Part shown: one piece after another, positions 12,819 to 26,558 of the stretch
How positions within the stretch are numbered: the first letter of the stretch is position 1
Layout of the letters: every line of letters begins with the position of its first letter
Origin: Anaeramoeba ignava BMAN
Taxonomy: Eukaryota; Protista; Anaeramoebae
NCBI GenBank assembly: GCA_028826165.1
Contig: JAPDFW010000081.1
Location: 806,001 to 870,000 of the forward strand
Length of the DNA stretch: 64,000 nucleotides
Reading direction: 5' to 3'
The notes under the pieces: model-generated
Told to the model about the DNA's origin: nothing
Database searches by the model: none
Seen by the model: the letters and a program-made list of their open reading frames with translations, nothing else
Translations under genes and position numbers: made by a program

Positions 12819-14312
12819 TCAAAAAAAAAAGTAAACCAAAAAAATCAATAATTCAATATAAAAAGGAATAAAAGTAAACGAAATTGATTTTGGAATTGAA
12901 GATTCAAGATAACGAACAAGCAAGAATTCAAAAATTGAAAACGGAATCAAAACAAATTTGAATATCATAGTTTCAATAGAGCTAGATCGCCTAGGTTTCA
13001 TAATCCCAAAATAACGAAACAAGGGAAATAAGTCAAGCAGAAACAAAGGAAAAAAAACCTTGAGATAATTCAATCCAATTTTTCCATCTAATTTCAATCC
13101 AAGAAGAATAAAAAACAAGAACAGCATTGTGAATCCAAATGTTGAGAATGAACCAGAAAAATTTGGATCATCAAGTAAAAATAATACAGAAATTAAAATC
13201 AACATTCCAATCAAAACCAAGATTGGAATGAATATTATCATCCACGATATTTGGATAATTTCTCCGCTCTTTAATCCAATTACTAAAATTTGTGCAAATA
13301 CTAAAAATGATACTGATGACATAATTAAATCACTTGATTTGGAATCATCAAAATCATAAAAAAATTGGATCAGCAATAAAACTGACAAAACAAGAATTGA
13401 TACCAGCAAAGGAATGAAAAGATAAATTGGATTAAAACTTAACTTTTTGTCTATATAACCACTTAATGAGAGCAAAAAAATTAGAACACAAAATCCTAAA
13501 AATATCAAATCCGAAATGATCGCTCTTTCAAATTTTTGCACAATATTGATTTTTCGAGTGAATTTTTCTTGGTTTCTTTTCAGTTTTTGAATTTTTTCCT
13601 TTCTTTCTTTGATTTTTTCATCAATCAATTTTGATTTTGAAATTAATTCATCTCTTGGATTTGGAATTGATTCGAGATATTTAATTGTTCTAAATTTGAA
13701 TTCTTTTTCTTGAAAAACATAATTTTGTTCAGATACTTCTGGGAGATTCTGCATTTTGTTAATGAATAAAGAAATAGAAGATTGTCTTCGAATAAGTTTT
13801 TGAGGTTTTTTATCCATTATTGATTGTAAATTTGAATTGATAATTTTGGGTTCTTCAATTATTCCATAAATTGGGATCTCTTGATCATCATTTCTATTTT
13901 GGGAATAGCGATGATATTGATGAGCATTTATATTTTCAAAATCTTTCAAAAGAAAATATCTCCAATATTTAAATGAAATATTTCTCCAACAATTAATATC
14001 TTTGGATAAATCATTAAATGTTTTGCAAGTCATTGAAAGTTTTAATAAAGAACCAGGTGATAAAAATTGGAAAATATAAAGATGAACTAAAAAATTAGAA
14101 TAATAAAATTAATAAATTTGATTTATTGATTTATTAAGAAAATATAAACCATTTTCTGGAAGCATTTCAATAAATAAATTTTCTTGTTTTGGTGGTTTTT
14201 TTAATTTTGTTGGAACTTCACTCATTTCCCCAGTTTTTAAAAAGTTAAAATTATCGTTTGTTATTTTTGCTTTTAGTTTATCTTCATATTTTTTAATTTT
14301 AAATTGTTCCAT
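12819..14312 (-). CDS. F-box plus TMEM185-like multi-pass membrane protein, copy 2
   Basis: Same two-exon structure and motifs as copy 1. Confidence 0.85.
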
Positions 14313-14395
14313 TTCTTTATAAAAAAATGAAAGAGAAAAAATGAAAATTTTAATAAAAGATTGGGAAAAATTTTTTTATTTTTTGTTTTTGCTTT

Positions 14396-15913
14396 TTAAA
14401 AAGTCTTCAAAGAAAAAACCAAGTAAAAAAGACCGAATAAAGGAAAATATAAAGGAATAAAGGTAAATGAAATGTATTTGAAACCTGAGAATTGAAGATA
14501 ACAAAAAATCAAGATTTCAAAAATAATAAGCGGAATTAAAATAAATACGAAAAAAATCACAAAAATAATTTCAAGACCACCACGACTATGACTACTAGCT
14601 TTGAGGCTACTAATGCAAACGAGAGCTGAAAGAATATCAATTAAAAATAAAGGAGAGAAAACTTTGAAATAACCCAATCCACTTTTTCCATTTAATTTCA
14701 ATCCAAGAAGAATAAAAAATAAGAATAGGATTGAAGATGAGAATACTAAAAGAAAAGTAAATAAATTCGGTCCACCAATAAAAATCAATATTGAACCCAA
14801 AACTAATATTCCAGTTAAAATGAAAAAGAGTGTAAATATCCAAAGCCACGAGATTTGAATAATTTTCCCACTTTTTAATCCAATTAGTAAAACTTGAATA
14901 AATACTACAAATGATATTAATGAGAACATGAGATCACTTGCTTTCGAATATGAAAAATCGAAAAATGATTTAATGAAATTTAAACTTGAGAAAATGAATA
15001 TTGAAACAAGTAAAGGAATGAAAAAATAAAATGGATTTGAATTGAGGTTTTTGTCAACATAAATACTTAATGATACCAAAAAAACTATAATCAAAAATGC
15101 AAATAACTTGAAATCTGCAGCCATAAAGCCATCCAATTTTCTTATCAGCAAATTTTGTTTATTAATTTTTGCTTGATTTTTTAAAAATTCTTCATATTTT
15201 TCTTTTCTTTCTTTGATTTTTTGATTGATTAATTTTGATTTTGAAATTAATTCATTTTTTGGATTTGGAGTTGATTGAATATATCTCATCATATAAGATC
15301 TATAATCTTTTTCTGGAAAAATATAATTTTGATCTTCTTCTTTTTTTTCGCGAAGATTTTGTAATTGATTAAACATTAAAGAAATAGAAGATTGTCTTTG
15401 AATAAGTTTTTGAGGTTTTTTATCTATAAATGACTTGAGTTGTAAATTTGAATTAATAATTTTAGGTTCTTCAATTATTCCATGAATTGGGATTTGATCT
15501 TCTTTGGAATTTCCATAATAACGATAATAATTTTGCATTTCAAAATTATTCAAAAGAAAATATCTCCAATATTTAAATGACATATTTCTCCAACAATTAA
15601 TATCTTGGGATAAATCATTAAATGTTTGACAAGTCATTGAAAGTTTTAATAAAGAACCAGGTGATAAAAATTGGAAAATATAAAGATGAACTAAAAAATT
15701 AAAATAAAATTAATAAATTTGATTTATTGATTTATTAAGAAAATATAAACCATCTTCTGGAAGCATTTCAATAAATAGATTTTCTTGTTTTGGTGGTTTT
15801 TTTAATTTTGTTGGAACTTCACTCATTTCCCCAATCTTTAAAAAGTTAAAATCACCATTTGTTATTTTTGCTTTTAGTTTATCTCCATATTTTTGTATTG
15901 TAAATTGTTCCAT
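14396..15913 (-). CDS. F-box plus TMEM185-like multi-pass membrane protein, copy 3
   Basis: Same two-exon structure and motifs as copy 1. Confidence 0.85.
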
Positions 15914-16040
15914 TTCTTTATAAAAAAAAATGAGAAAAAAAGAAAAAAATGAAAATAATATTTTTTAATTTTTTTTTATTAAAAAGATCAAATTAAGAAA
16001 AATTGAAATAAGAATTCTTTCATTATTCCTCTTTTTTTAA

Positions 16041-17627
16041 TTAATAAAATCTTGAATGAGATAAAGAATTCAAACAAAGAATAACGCAAAAAATACCAGA
16101 AAAAGAAATATAAAAAGGAATAAAAGTAAAAGAAAGTGATTTATGATTTGAATTCCCAAGATATCTAATAAGTAAAATTTGTGAAATAAAAAGTGGAATA
16201 AGAATAAAAATGAAGCCAATAATAAAAAATAATCCACCAAGACAAAGAGAAAACAAACAAGGAATAAAATAAAATAAAAATAAAGGAATACAAATAATTC
16301 CATAACTCAATTCAATTATTCCATCTAATTTCAATCCAAGAAGAATAAAAAATAAACATACCATCATAAATCCAAATCCAGGAATTAGAAAAATAATACT
16401 TAAACAACAAAAAATTATTGAAAAAAAAATTAATATTCCAGATAAAATGAAAATTGGAGAAAATATTAATAACCAAGAATATTGAATAATTTTCCCACTT
16501 TTTAATCCAATTAATAAAACTTGGATAAATATAGCAAATGATAATAATGGTATAATTAAATCAAATACTCTAGAATTTGAATAATCATAAAAAGATTGAA
16601 ACAAAAATAAAATTGAGAAAATAAAAGTTGGAATAAGTAAAAGAATGAAAAGATAAAATGGATTAAAACTTAAATTTCTGTCAACATAAAACCCTAATAA
16701 TATTAAGAAAGTTATCAAACAAAGCCCAGAAAATAATATATTTGAATTAATCCAATTATCAATTTTTTGAGGTATTAAATTTTTTCGATTAATTTTCTCA
16801 AATATTTCTTTTCTTTCTTTCATTTTTCGATAAATAGATTTCGATTTTGAAATTAATTCATTTTTTGGATTTGGAGTTGATTCAATATATCTCATCATAT
16901 AAGATCTATATTCATTTTCTGGAAAGCCATAATGTTTATTTCTTGTTTCTTGTAACTTTTTTAATCGTTCAGCTAATAAAGAAATAGAAGATTGTCTTCG
17001 AATAAGTTTTTGAGGTTTTTTATCCATTATTGATTGTAAATTTGAGTTTCTAAATTGATTAGTAATTTCGGGTTTTTCAATTATTCCATAAATTGGATTT
17101 TTCTCATATTCATTGTTTCCAGTATTGGGTTGATGAGTATAATAGGGATCAGAATAATAAGGATAATTTTGAATTTCCAAATCTTTCAAAAGAAAATATC
17201 TCCAATATTTAAATGAAATATTTCTCCAACAATTAATATCTTTGGATAAATCATTAAATGTTTTGCAAGTCATTGAAAGTTTTAATAAAGAACCAGGTGA
17301 TAAAAATTGGAAAATATAAAGATGAACTAAAAAATTAAAATAATAAAATTAATAAATTTGGGTTATTGATTTATTAAGAAAATATAAACCATCTTCTGGA
17401 AGCATTTCAATAAATAGATTTTCTTGTTTTGATGGTTTTTTTAATTTTGTTGGAACTTTGCTCATTTCTCCAATCTTTAAAAAGTTAAAATTATCATTTG
17501 TAATTTTTGCTTTTAATTTATCTCCAAATTTTTGTATTGTAAATTGATTCGTTTCTCTAATTTTTGAAAAGTTAAAATCATCAATTGCTTTTTTTTCTTT
17601 TAATTTTTGTATTAAGAGTTGTTCCAT
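16041..17627 (-). CDS. F-box plus TMEM185-like multi-pass membrane protein, copy 4 (N-terminal motif partly duplicated)
   Basis: Same structure. Exon 1 reads MEQLLIQK...DDFNFSKIRETNQFTIQKFGDK...NFNFLKIGEM. Confidence 0.85.
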
Positions 17628-17756
17628 TTCTTTATAAAAAAAAATGAGAAAAGAAAAAAATGAAAAAATATTTTTTGCTTTTTTTTTATTAAAAAGATCA
17701 AATAAGAAAAATAGAAATAAGAATTCTTTTATTATTCCCCTTTTTTTTTTTCTTTG

Positions 17757-19275
17757 TTAATAATAATCAAGATCTTGAAAATCTTTATGAGAAGGAAATG
17801 GTTGACAGCATAAAAACAAATATAAAGGAATAAAAGTAAATGAAATGTATTCGAAACCTGAGAATTGAAGATAACAAAAAATCAAGATTTCAAAAATAGT
17901 AAAGGGAACCAAATATAACATAAAAATAAATCCAAATACAAGTTTAACACCTCGAATCATATGTTGTGTTTTCGAAATGGCCCAAAAAAATATAGAAAAA
18001 AAACCAATAAAAAATAAAAGAAAGAAAACCTTAAAATCACTTAATCCAATTTTTCCATCCAATTTCATTTCAAGAACAATAATAAATAGGAATGTCATTA
18101 GAGATAAAATCACAAAAAGGAAATAACGAAAAATCTTTCTCTGTAAAAAATTATTATTAAACGTAAAATTAATATTCCAATTAAAATCAAAACAGGAATG
18201 AATACAAATAACCAAGAATATTGAATAATTTTCCCACTTTTTAATCCAATTAGTAAAACCTGGATAAATATAACAAATGTTATTAATGAGACAATAAAAT
18301 AAAGTTTTTTGTTATTTTGTGTATCATAAAATGATCGAAACAAAAATAGAATTGGTAAAATCAAAGTTGGAATAAGTAAAAGAATGAAAAAATAAAATGG
18401 ATTAAAACTTAAATTTGTATCAATATAAAACCCTAATAAGATTAGAAAAGTCAGGATACAGAACTTAAATACTTGGATATCTATATCAATCCAAGTATCA
18501 ATTTTTTGAAAAATTAATATTCTTCGATTAATTTCCATTTGATTTTTTTTAAATTCTTCAAATCTGTTTTTTCTTTCTTTGATTTTTTGATTGATTAATT
18601 TTGATTTTGAAATTAATTCATTTCCTGGATTTGGGATTGATTGGATATATCTCATCATATAAGATTTATAATCATTTTCTGGAAAAATATAATTTTGATC
18701 TTCTTCTTTTTTTTCGCGAAGATTTTTTAATCGATTAAACATTAAAGAAATAGAAGATTGTCTTTGAATAAGTTTTTGAGGTTTTTTATCCATTATTGAT
18801 TGTAAATTTGAATTAATAATTTTAGGTTCTTCAATTATTCCATAAATTGGGATTTGATCTTCTTTGGAATTTCCATAATAATAAAAATTATTTTGCATTT
18901 CCAAATCATTCAAAAGAAAATATCTCCAATATTTAAATGACATATTTCTCCAACAATTAATATCTTTGGATAAATCATTAAATGTTTGGCAAGTCATTGA
19001 AAGTTTTAATAAAGAACCAGGTGATAAAAATTGGAAAATATAAAGATGAACTAAAAATTAAAATAAAAAAATTAATAAATTTGGGTTATTAATTTATTAA
19101 GAAAATATAAACCATCTTCTGGAAGCATTTCAATAAATAGATTTTCTTGTTTTGGTGGTTTTTTTAATTTTGTTGGAACTTCACTCATTTCCCCAATCTT
19201 TAAAAAGTTAAAATTATCGTTTGTTATTTTTGCTTTTAATTTATCTCCAAATTTTTGTATTGTAAATTGTTCCAT
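17757..19275 (-). CDS. F-box plus TMEM185-like multi-pass membrane protein, copy 5 (frameshift ~18110-18150)
   Basis: ORFs 18110-18997 and 17757-18215 overlap in different frames and together give a full paralogue. Confidence 0.75.
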
Positions 19276-19328
19276 TTCTTTATAAAAAAAATGAGAAAAA
19301 AAAGAAAAAAAATGAAAAAATGAAAAAA

Positions 19329-20867
19329 TTAAAAATAAAATGATCTTGAAAATAAAAGACAACAACCAATCACTAAAATTTCCAAATAAAAAGGAATAAA
19401 AGTAAATGAAATGTATTTGAAACCTGAGAATTGAAGATAACAAAAAATCAAGATTTCAAAAATAATAAAAGGACCCAAAACAACAGAAAGAATAACAACC
19501 AACAAAATGAAATCATTGTGTCGAAAATTATTATTTACATACTCAAGAACACAAATAAAGCAAGGAACCAAATCAACCAAAAACAAAGGAGAGAAAACCA
19601 TGAAGTAACTCTGTTTGATTGTTCCATCCAATTTCAATCCCAGAAAAATAAAGAATAAGAATATCATTGAAGATGTAAATAACAGAAAGAAATTATAATA
19701 ATTTTGCTGATTGTAGAAAATTCCTATTGTGATCAAAACTAATATTCCAACAAAAATCAAAATCAAAATGAGCACAAATAACCATGAAATTTGAATAATT
19801 TTCCCGCTTTTTAATCCAATCATTAAAATTTGGATGAATAATAAAAATGCTATTCCTGAAGTAACTCGATCAAATACTTTAGAATAATCAAAATCATAAA
19901 AAGATTTCAGTAGAAGTAAGCTTGAGAAAATTAAAATGGGAATAAACAAAGGAATTAAAATATAAATAGGATTTGAGCTTAAATTTGCGTCAACATAAAC
20001 ACTTAACAATATCAGAAAAGTCAACACACAAAATATAAAAAAAAATACATCAGAAATGATCAAGTTTTCAAATTTTCTGAGAATTGAATATTTTCGATTC
20101 ATTTCTGCTTGATTTTTTCTAAGCTCTTCAAATTTTTGTTTTCTTTCTTTGAATTTTTGATCAATTAATTTTGATTTTGAAATTAATTCATTTCCTGGAT
20201 TTGGGATTGATTGGATATATCTCATCATTCTAGGTTTATATTCTTTTTCTTCAAAAATATAACCTTGGTCAGTTATTTTTGGGATATTTTGTAATTGATT
20301 AATCAATAAAGAAAGTGAAGTTTGTCTTTGAATAAGTTTTTCAGGTTTTGGAGGAGAATTGAATCCAGTTCCGAGTTTTCAAGATTGTCATCAAATTCAG
20401 GTTCTTCAATTATTCCATAAATTGGGATATTTTCTTCATAATTTACATTATAGTAATAATTATTATTATAAATAGGGATTTCCAAATCTTTCAAAAGAAA
20501 ATATCTCCAATATTTAAATGAAATATTTCTCCAACAATTAATATCTTGAGATAAATCTTCATAAATTTTGCAAGTCATTGAAAGTCTTGATAAAGAACCA
20601 GGTGATAAAAATTGGAAAATATAAAGATGAACTAAAAATTCAAAAAAAATTAAATTAAATTAAATAAAACGAAATAAAATTTTTGAAATGATTTATTTAA
20701 AGACCTTCTTCTGGAAGCATTTCTATTATTAGATTTTCTTCTTCTGGTGGTTTTCTTAAATTTTCAGGAACTTCACTCATTTCTCCAATTTTTAGAAAAT
20801 GGAAATTATTGTTTGTTATTGTTGCTTTTATATCATCTCCATATTTTTGTATTTGGAACATTTCCAT
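19329..20867 (-). CDS. F-box plus TMEM185-like multi-pass membrane protein, copy 6 (frameshift ~20347; most divergent N-terminus)
   Basis: Starts MEMFQIQKYGDDIKA. Adding one A restores the KPEKLIQRQ segment seen in the paralogues. Confidence 0.75.
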
Positions 20868-20973
20868 TTCTTTATAAAATGAAAAAATAAAAGAAAAAAT
20901 GAAAAATTCGTGTTTCAATTTTTTTCATTTTTTTCATTTATTTTTTTTTCAATTTAGAAGTTTATTAATAAAA

Positions 20974-23552
20974 ATGGAATTTACAAAAATTGAAGATAAT
21001 CCACCATTAGATTCAGTATCTTCACTTCATTTCACACAAAAACCTGAAAATTTATTAACAGCAACATCATGGGATAATTTTGTATTTAAAAAAGAAAAAT
21101 TTAAATTTAATTTAATTTAATTTAATTTTAATTTAATTTAATTTTAATTTTAATTTTTAATTTAAAATTTTTCTTTAATTTAAGGTTCGAATTTGGTCAA
21201 TTGACAAAGATAAAGCAAAATTTATAGGCAAACAAGAATTTTCATCAGCTCCTTTATGTTCTTCTTGGTCATATGTTAATTTTATAATTCATTTATAAAT
21301 TATTCAATTTTTATTTCAATTATTTTTATATTTTATTATTTTAAAAAAAAAAAAAGGATTCAAAAGCTTTATTTATTGGAGGAACTGATAATCAAGCTTA
21401 TTTATGGAATCTTGAAAAAGAATCCATTGAATCTTTTGGAGAAGTAAATTTCCATTTCGAAATTAAAAACAAATCAAATTTGAAATCAAAATCAAATTAA
21501 AATTAAAATTAAAATTAAAATTAAAAACAAATTAAAATTTAAAAACAAATTAAAATTTAAAATCAAATTAAAAAACAAAATCAAATTAAAATTTAAAAAC
21601 AAATTTAAATTAAAATTTAAATTGAAATTTAAAAACAAATTCAAATTCAAATTGAAATTAAATTTAAAAACAAATTCAAATTTAAAAACAAATTCAAAAT
21701 CAAAAACAAATTTGAAATTATTTCTTTTAGCATTCCCAACCCATAAAAGAAATATTTTCTTTTCCAGAAAATCAAAATCTTATTTTAACAGGAAGTTGGG
21801 ATAAAACGATAAAATTTTGGGATTTACGACAAGGACAAAACCCAATAAACACAACTTTTCTTGAAGGAAAAGTTTTCAGGTTATTTAACTTTAAATTTTA
21901 ATTTTAAATTTATATTTATATTTATATTTTATTAATTTTTTTAATAATAATAATATTAATATTTAGTATGGATATGCGTTTTCCTTATCTTGTTGTTGTT
22001 GATTCTACAAAAGGAATCTATGCATTTGATTTAGGAAGTGGTTATAATTGTGTCCAAGTACAATTTTCTATAATTTATTTTATTGAAAACAAAAAACCTC
22101 TTTTTTATTCTTTTATTCTTTTATTCTTTTATTCTTTTATTCTTTTATTCTTTTTATTCTTTTATTCTTTTATTCTTTTATTCTTTTATCCTTTTATTAT
22201 AAAAGAGAACAAGATCTTCATTTAAACAAGCTCGTGTAATTTCTCTTTTTCCTGATTTGAAAGGTTATGCATTTGGTTCTATTGATGGTCGTGTATCTAT
22301 TACATATTTAAAGGAGTACAAATTCAAATTCAATTTTAAATTCAAAATCAAAATCAAAATCAAATTGAAAATGAAAATCAAAATCAAAATCAAAATCAAA
22401 ATCAAAATCAAAATCAAATTCAAAATCAAATTCAAAATCAAAATCAAAATCAAAATCAAAATCAAAATCAAAATCAAAATCAAAATCAAAATCAAAATCA
22501 AAATCAAAATCAAAATCAAAATCAAAATCAAAATCAAAATCAAAATCAAAATCAAAATCAAAATCAAATTCAAAATCAAAATCAAATTTAAATTCAAAAT
22601 CAAAATCAAATTCAAAATCAAATTCAAATTCAAATTCAAAATCAAAATCAAAATCAAAATCAAAATCAAATTCAAATTCAAATTCAAATTCAAATTCAAA
22701 TTCAAATTCAAAATGAAAATCAAAATCAAAATCAAAATCAAAATCAAAATCAAATCAAATTCAAATTCAAATTCAAATTCAAATTCAAAATCAAAATCAA
22801 AATCAAAATCAAAATCAAAATCAAAATCAAATTTTAAATTCAAAATCAAAACCAAAATTCAAAATCAAAATCAAAATCAAATTTAAAATTAAATTCAAAA
22901 TTAAATTCAAAATTAAATTCAAAATCAAAATCAAAATCAAAATCAAAATCAAAATCAAAATTAAATTTAAATTCAAAATCAAAATCAAATTCAAAATCAA
23001 ATTCAAAATTCAAATTTAAAATCAAATTCAAAATTCAAAATCAAATTCAAAATTTAAAATCAAAATTAAATTTAAAATTCAATTTTTATTTAAATTTAGA
23101 GAGGAAAAAGATAATAATTTTTCTTTTAGATGTCATTGGAAAGAAAATGAAATTTTTGCAGTAAATGATATTGCATTTCATCCAAAATATGGAACTTTTG
23201 CAACAGTTGGATCAGATGGATTATTTTATTTTTGGTGTAAAGAAACTAAATCAAAACTTAAAAAATCTATTCCATTTGAAAATTCAATCACAAGATGTAG
23301 TTTTAATCATGATGGTTCTATTTTTTCTTTTGCAGTTGGTTATGATTGGCATAAGGTTTAAAAATAAAAATATTAAATTAAAAAAAAGAGAAAAAAAAAA
23401 AAAATTAATTTTTTATTCCACTTTTTATTTTTTTAAAATTAAAATTTTTTCTTTTTTTCTTTTTTAAAAAGGGTTTTATTGGATCAACTGCAAAAAAAGA
23501 AAGAAGTTTATGTTTATATCTTCCAAAAGAAAAAGAAATTCAAGCAAAATAA
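20974..23552 (+). CDS. RAE1: Rae1/Gle2 WD40 mRNA export factor, multi-exon
   Basis: PPLDSVSSLHF...TSWDN, TGSWDKTIKFWDLRQ, GSIDGRV, FSFRCH, FHPKYGTFATVGSDG and YDWHKG. The last motif favours Rae1 over Bub3. Confidence 0.85.
22316..23099 (+). repeat. (AAAATC)/(AAATTC)n microsatellite intron in RAE1
   Basis: GT at 22316 and AG at 23098-23099 flank the hexamer array. Confidence 0.9.
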
Positions 23553-23668
23553 TAATAATTTCCAAAAAAATGAAAAATAAAAAGTTACAAAAAAAAAAAT
23601 TTAATTCATTTTTTCTTTTTTTAATTTTTTTTAATTTTTTTTAATTTTTTAAAGCAAAAAAAAAAAGA

Positions 23669-24861
23669 ATGACTGATTCAAATAAACCATTATTGGAGGA
23701 TCAAACACAAAATAACCAACAAATGATGACGGATGGTCAAAACATGAATTTTATGCAACAACAATATCCTCCTCAACAATTTCAACAATATCCTCCTCAA
23801 CAGCAATTTCAACAATATCCTCCTCAACAACAACAATTTCAACAGTATCAACAACAACAACAATTCCAACCCCAACCTCAACCTCAAATGAATAATCAAA
23901 ATTACCAAACTGATATGAGTGATTTGGTTGTTACTAAATTCAAGAATGCTCTGTAATTAAAATTAAAATTAAAATTAAAATTAAAATTAAAATTAAAATT
24001 AAAATTAAAATTAAAATTAAAATTAAAATTAAAATTAAAATTAAAATTAAAATTAAAATTAAAATTAAAATTAAAATTAAAATTAAAATTAAAAAAATTA
24101 AAATTAAAATTAAAATTAAAATTAAAATTAAAATTAAAATTAAAATTAAAATTAAAATTAAAATTGGTTGTTTAAAATTAAAATTAAAATTAAAATTAAA
24201 AATTAAAATTAAAATTAAAATTAAAATTAAAATGGCAATTTTAATTAAATTTTAAAATTAAAATTTTTGATTTAAATTTTCTATTTAATTAGTCCAACAA
24301 AATTTTGAAATGTGGTTTGATTTAAATTTGAACCAGGATTTATTTGCATTTTGATGGCAATTTTTGGTATTTTTCAAATAATTTTGATTTAAATTTTTCA
24401 ATTTAATTTTGATTTAAATTTTTCAATTTATTTAAATTTAAATTTAGATTAATTTTGATTTAAATTTTTAAATTTAGTTTTGATTTAAATTTTTCAATTT
24501 AATTTGATTTAAATTTTTCAATTTATTTTGATTTATTTTTTTAAAATAATTTTGATTTAAATTTTTCAATTTAATTTGATTTATTTTTTAAAATAATTTT
24601 GATTTAAATTTTTAAATTTAATTTGATTTAAATTTTTCAATTTAATTTGATTTATTTTTTAAAAGGTTGTTGGCTTTGTTGTTGCATTCCTTTCTGCGTT
24701 GATTCACGTAAATATTTTTAAAATTAAAATTGTTTTATTTTGTTATTTATTTTTATTTTTATTTTTATTTTTATTTTTATTTTTAAATTAATTTAGTTCA
24801 AGATGCTCATCATATTTGTCCTTCTTGCGGAAGGAAAATAGGAGTTTTTACACCTCTCTAA
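23669..24861 (+). CDS. LITAF-domain protein with Q/P-rich N-terminus; exon 2 (~24293-24366) looks corrupted
   Basis: Spliced C-terminus GCWLCCCIPFCVDSLQDAHHICPSCGRKIGVFTPL*. The first CxxC could not be recovered. Confidence 0.75.
23953..24292 (+). repeat. (AAAATT)n microsatellite intron in the LITAF gene
   Basis: Hexamer array between GT at 23953 and AG at 24291-24292. Confidence 0.85.
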
Positions 24862-25147
24862 ACTCTGAATTGATTTTCCTGATTTTTTGATTTTATTTTT
24901 TTTTTTAATTTTTTTTTTTTAATTTTTTTTTTTTGATTTTTTTTTGATTTTTAAAAAAGAAAATCAATTAATTTCCAAATTATGAGGATTAAGGAAATTT
25001 GAAGGAAAAAAAAATAAATGGAAAAAAAAAAAAAACTATTTTTTCATTTAAAAAGTTTTTTAGTAAATTCTATTATGAACCAATCAAGATTCTACAAAAA
25101 AAAAAAAAATTTGAAAGCGTAAATGAATTTTGAAAAAATAAATGGAA

Positions 25148-26387
25148 TTAAACACCAAAAAAAATATCAGCGATTGTTTCAATAATTCCTTTTCCTTTTC
25201 CTTTATCTTTTTTTTGAGCAGTTTTATTTTGTTTATAAATTTGTTGATTATTTTGATTATTTGAGAAATGATTTGGTTTTTGTTGGGAAAATGGTTCGAT
25301 TAAAGGTTGATTGTTTTGTTGAATTTGTGATAAAATATCCAAAGGAGCAAATCCAATGATAGTTGATGAATCCAAAAGTAAGAATCCTTTTTGCAAAGCA
25401 AGATATGCACTTTTTGAATTTGTGAATTTGATTCTAATCCAATTTCCTTCTCCAGGTAAATAATCTTCTAATTGCCAAAATTGTTGAATAAATTGTAATA
25501 TATTCTCAATTTCGTTACCGTTTATTCTATTAAAAAAAGGAAAATTATTTTTTAATTAAAAAAATTTTTTTTGATTTGAAATGATAAATGTGAGATTTAC
25601 CCAAAAACAACAATCCATGTATCAGAATCATCTTGATTCATATCATAAATTTGGTTTTGAGTGAGATTAGTATTATCATTATCATTTTCATTTTCATTAT
25701 CATTTTCATTATCATTTTCATTTTGATTAATAAAAGAATCAAAATTTTGAGAACGTAAATTTGAATTGAAATTTGTTTGTGGACTAAAATTGTTCATTTC
25801 TGAATCATCTGTATCCATAAATTTCTCATGGATATTCCTCATCGGATTAATAGGGGTTGATCTCATTGAATTTTTTGAATTTGAGAAAAAAAAATCATTT
25901 TGATTTGATTCCTCCATTTCATCATAAACAGATTTTGTTGGAGGTGGAGACATTTTCTTCAGCGAGCTCTTTATTAATCGATTAGAAGAAATGGGTCTTG
26001 GATTTGTAGGAAAGTTTGTCTTCGGAATATCAAGAGGTGTATGCAAGGGAGTCTTATTATTTGGGTTTCCTTTGATCTTATTTAGAAAAGGTGTTTGTTG
26101 TTGCTGAAGTGGTTTTTGCTGGCTTTCCTGTTTGTGTTTTATTTGTTGATAGTCGACAATATTTTGTGTATATAAGAAATTAAAGAATTTGTTTAATTGA
26201 TTGCTTGTTGTTTTTTATTCTATTTTTTTGTAATTTAAATGGGAAATTGAAATTTCAAATGCATTACTACTTGGGGTGAAAATGGCGCAAGAAAAGAAGG
26301 AACATAAGTTGTTTTTTGTGGACTTGCGCCGTGTTGTTGTGTTAATTCATTTGGTTTATGTGAAAAACCTTGGCGAGTAAATTGCAT
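25148..26387 (-). CDS. NUP35: Nucleoporin Nup35/Nup53 (MPPN RRM), multi-exon
   Basis: N-terminal YVPSFL. RRM reads DTWIVVFG...ILQFIQQF...GEGNWIRIKF...AYLALQK...IIGF. C-terminal amphipathic GIIETIADIFFGV*. Confidence 0.75.
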
Positions 26388-26558
26388 AAATTCAAAAAAA
26401 AATGAAAAAAATGAAAAAAATGAAAATGAAAAAAATAACGAAATTTGTTTTTGTTTTTGTTCATTTTTGTTTTTATTTCAAATTTGCAAAAGTATCTGTT
26501 CTTTTAATAAAAGAATCAAATAAAAAACGAGAATCCCAAATATTTTTTGGATAAATTT

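Noticed and set aside
24293-24366. LITAF exon 2 with a stop and a missing CxxC, read as a true pseudogene
   Set aside because: The exon lies between repeat introns and contains repeat-like sequence (tttgatttaaattt), while the other exons are intact, so a local consensus error is more likely.
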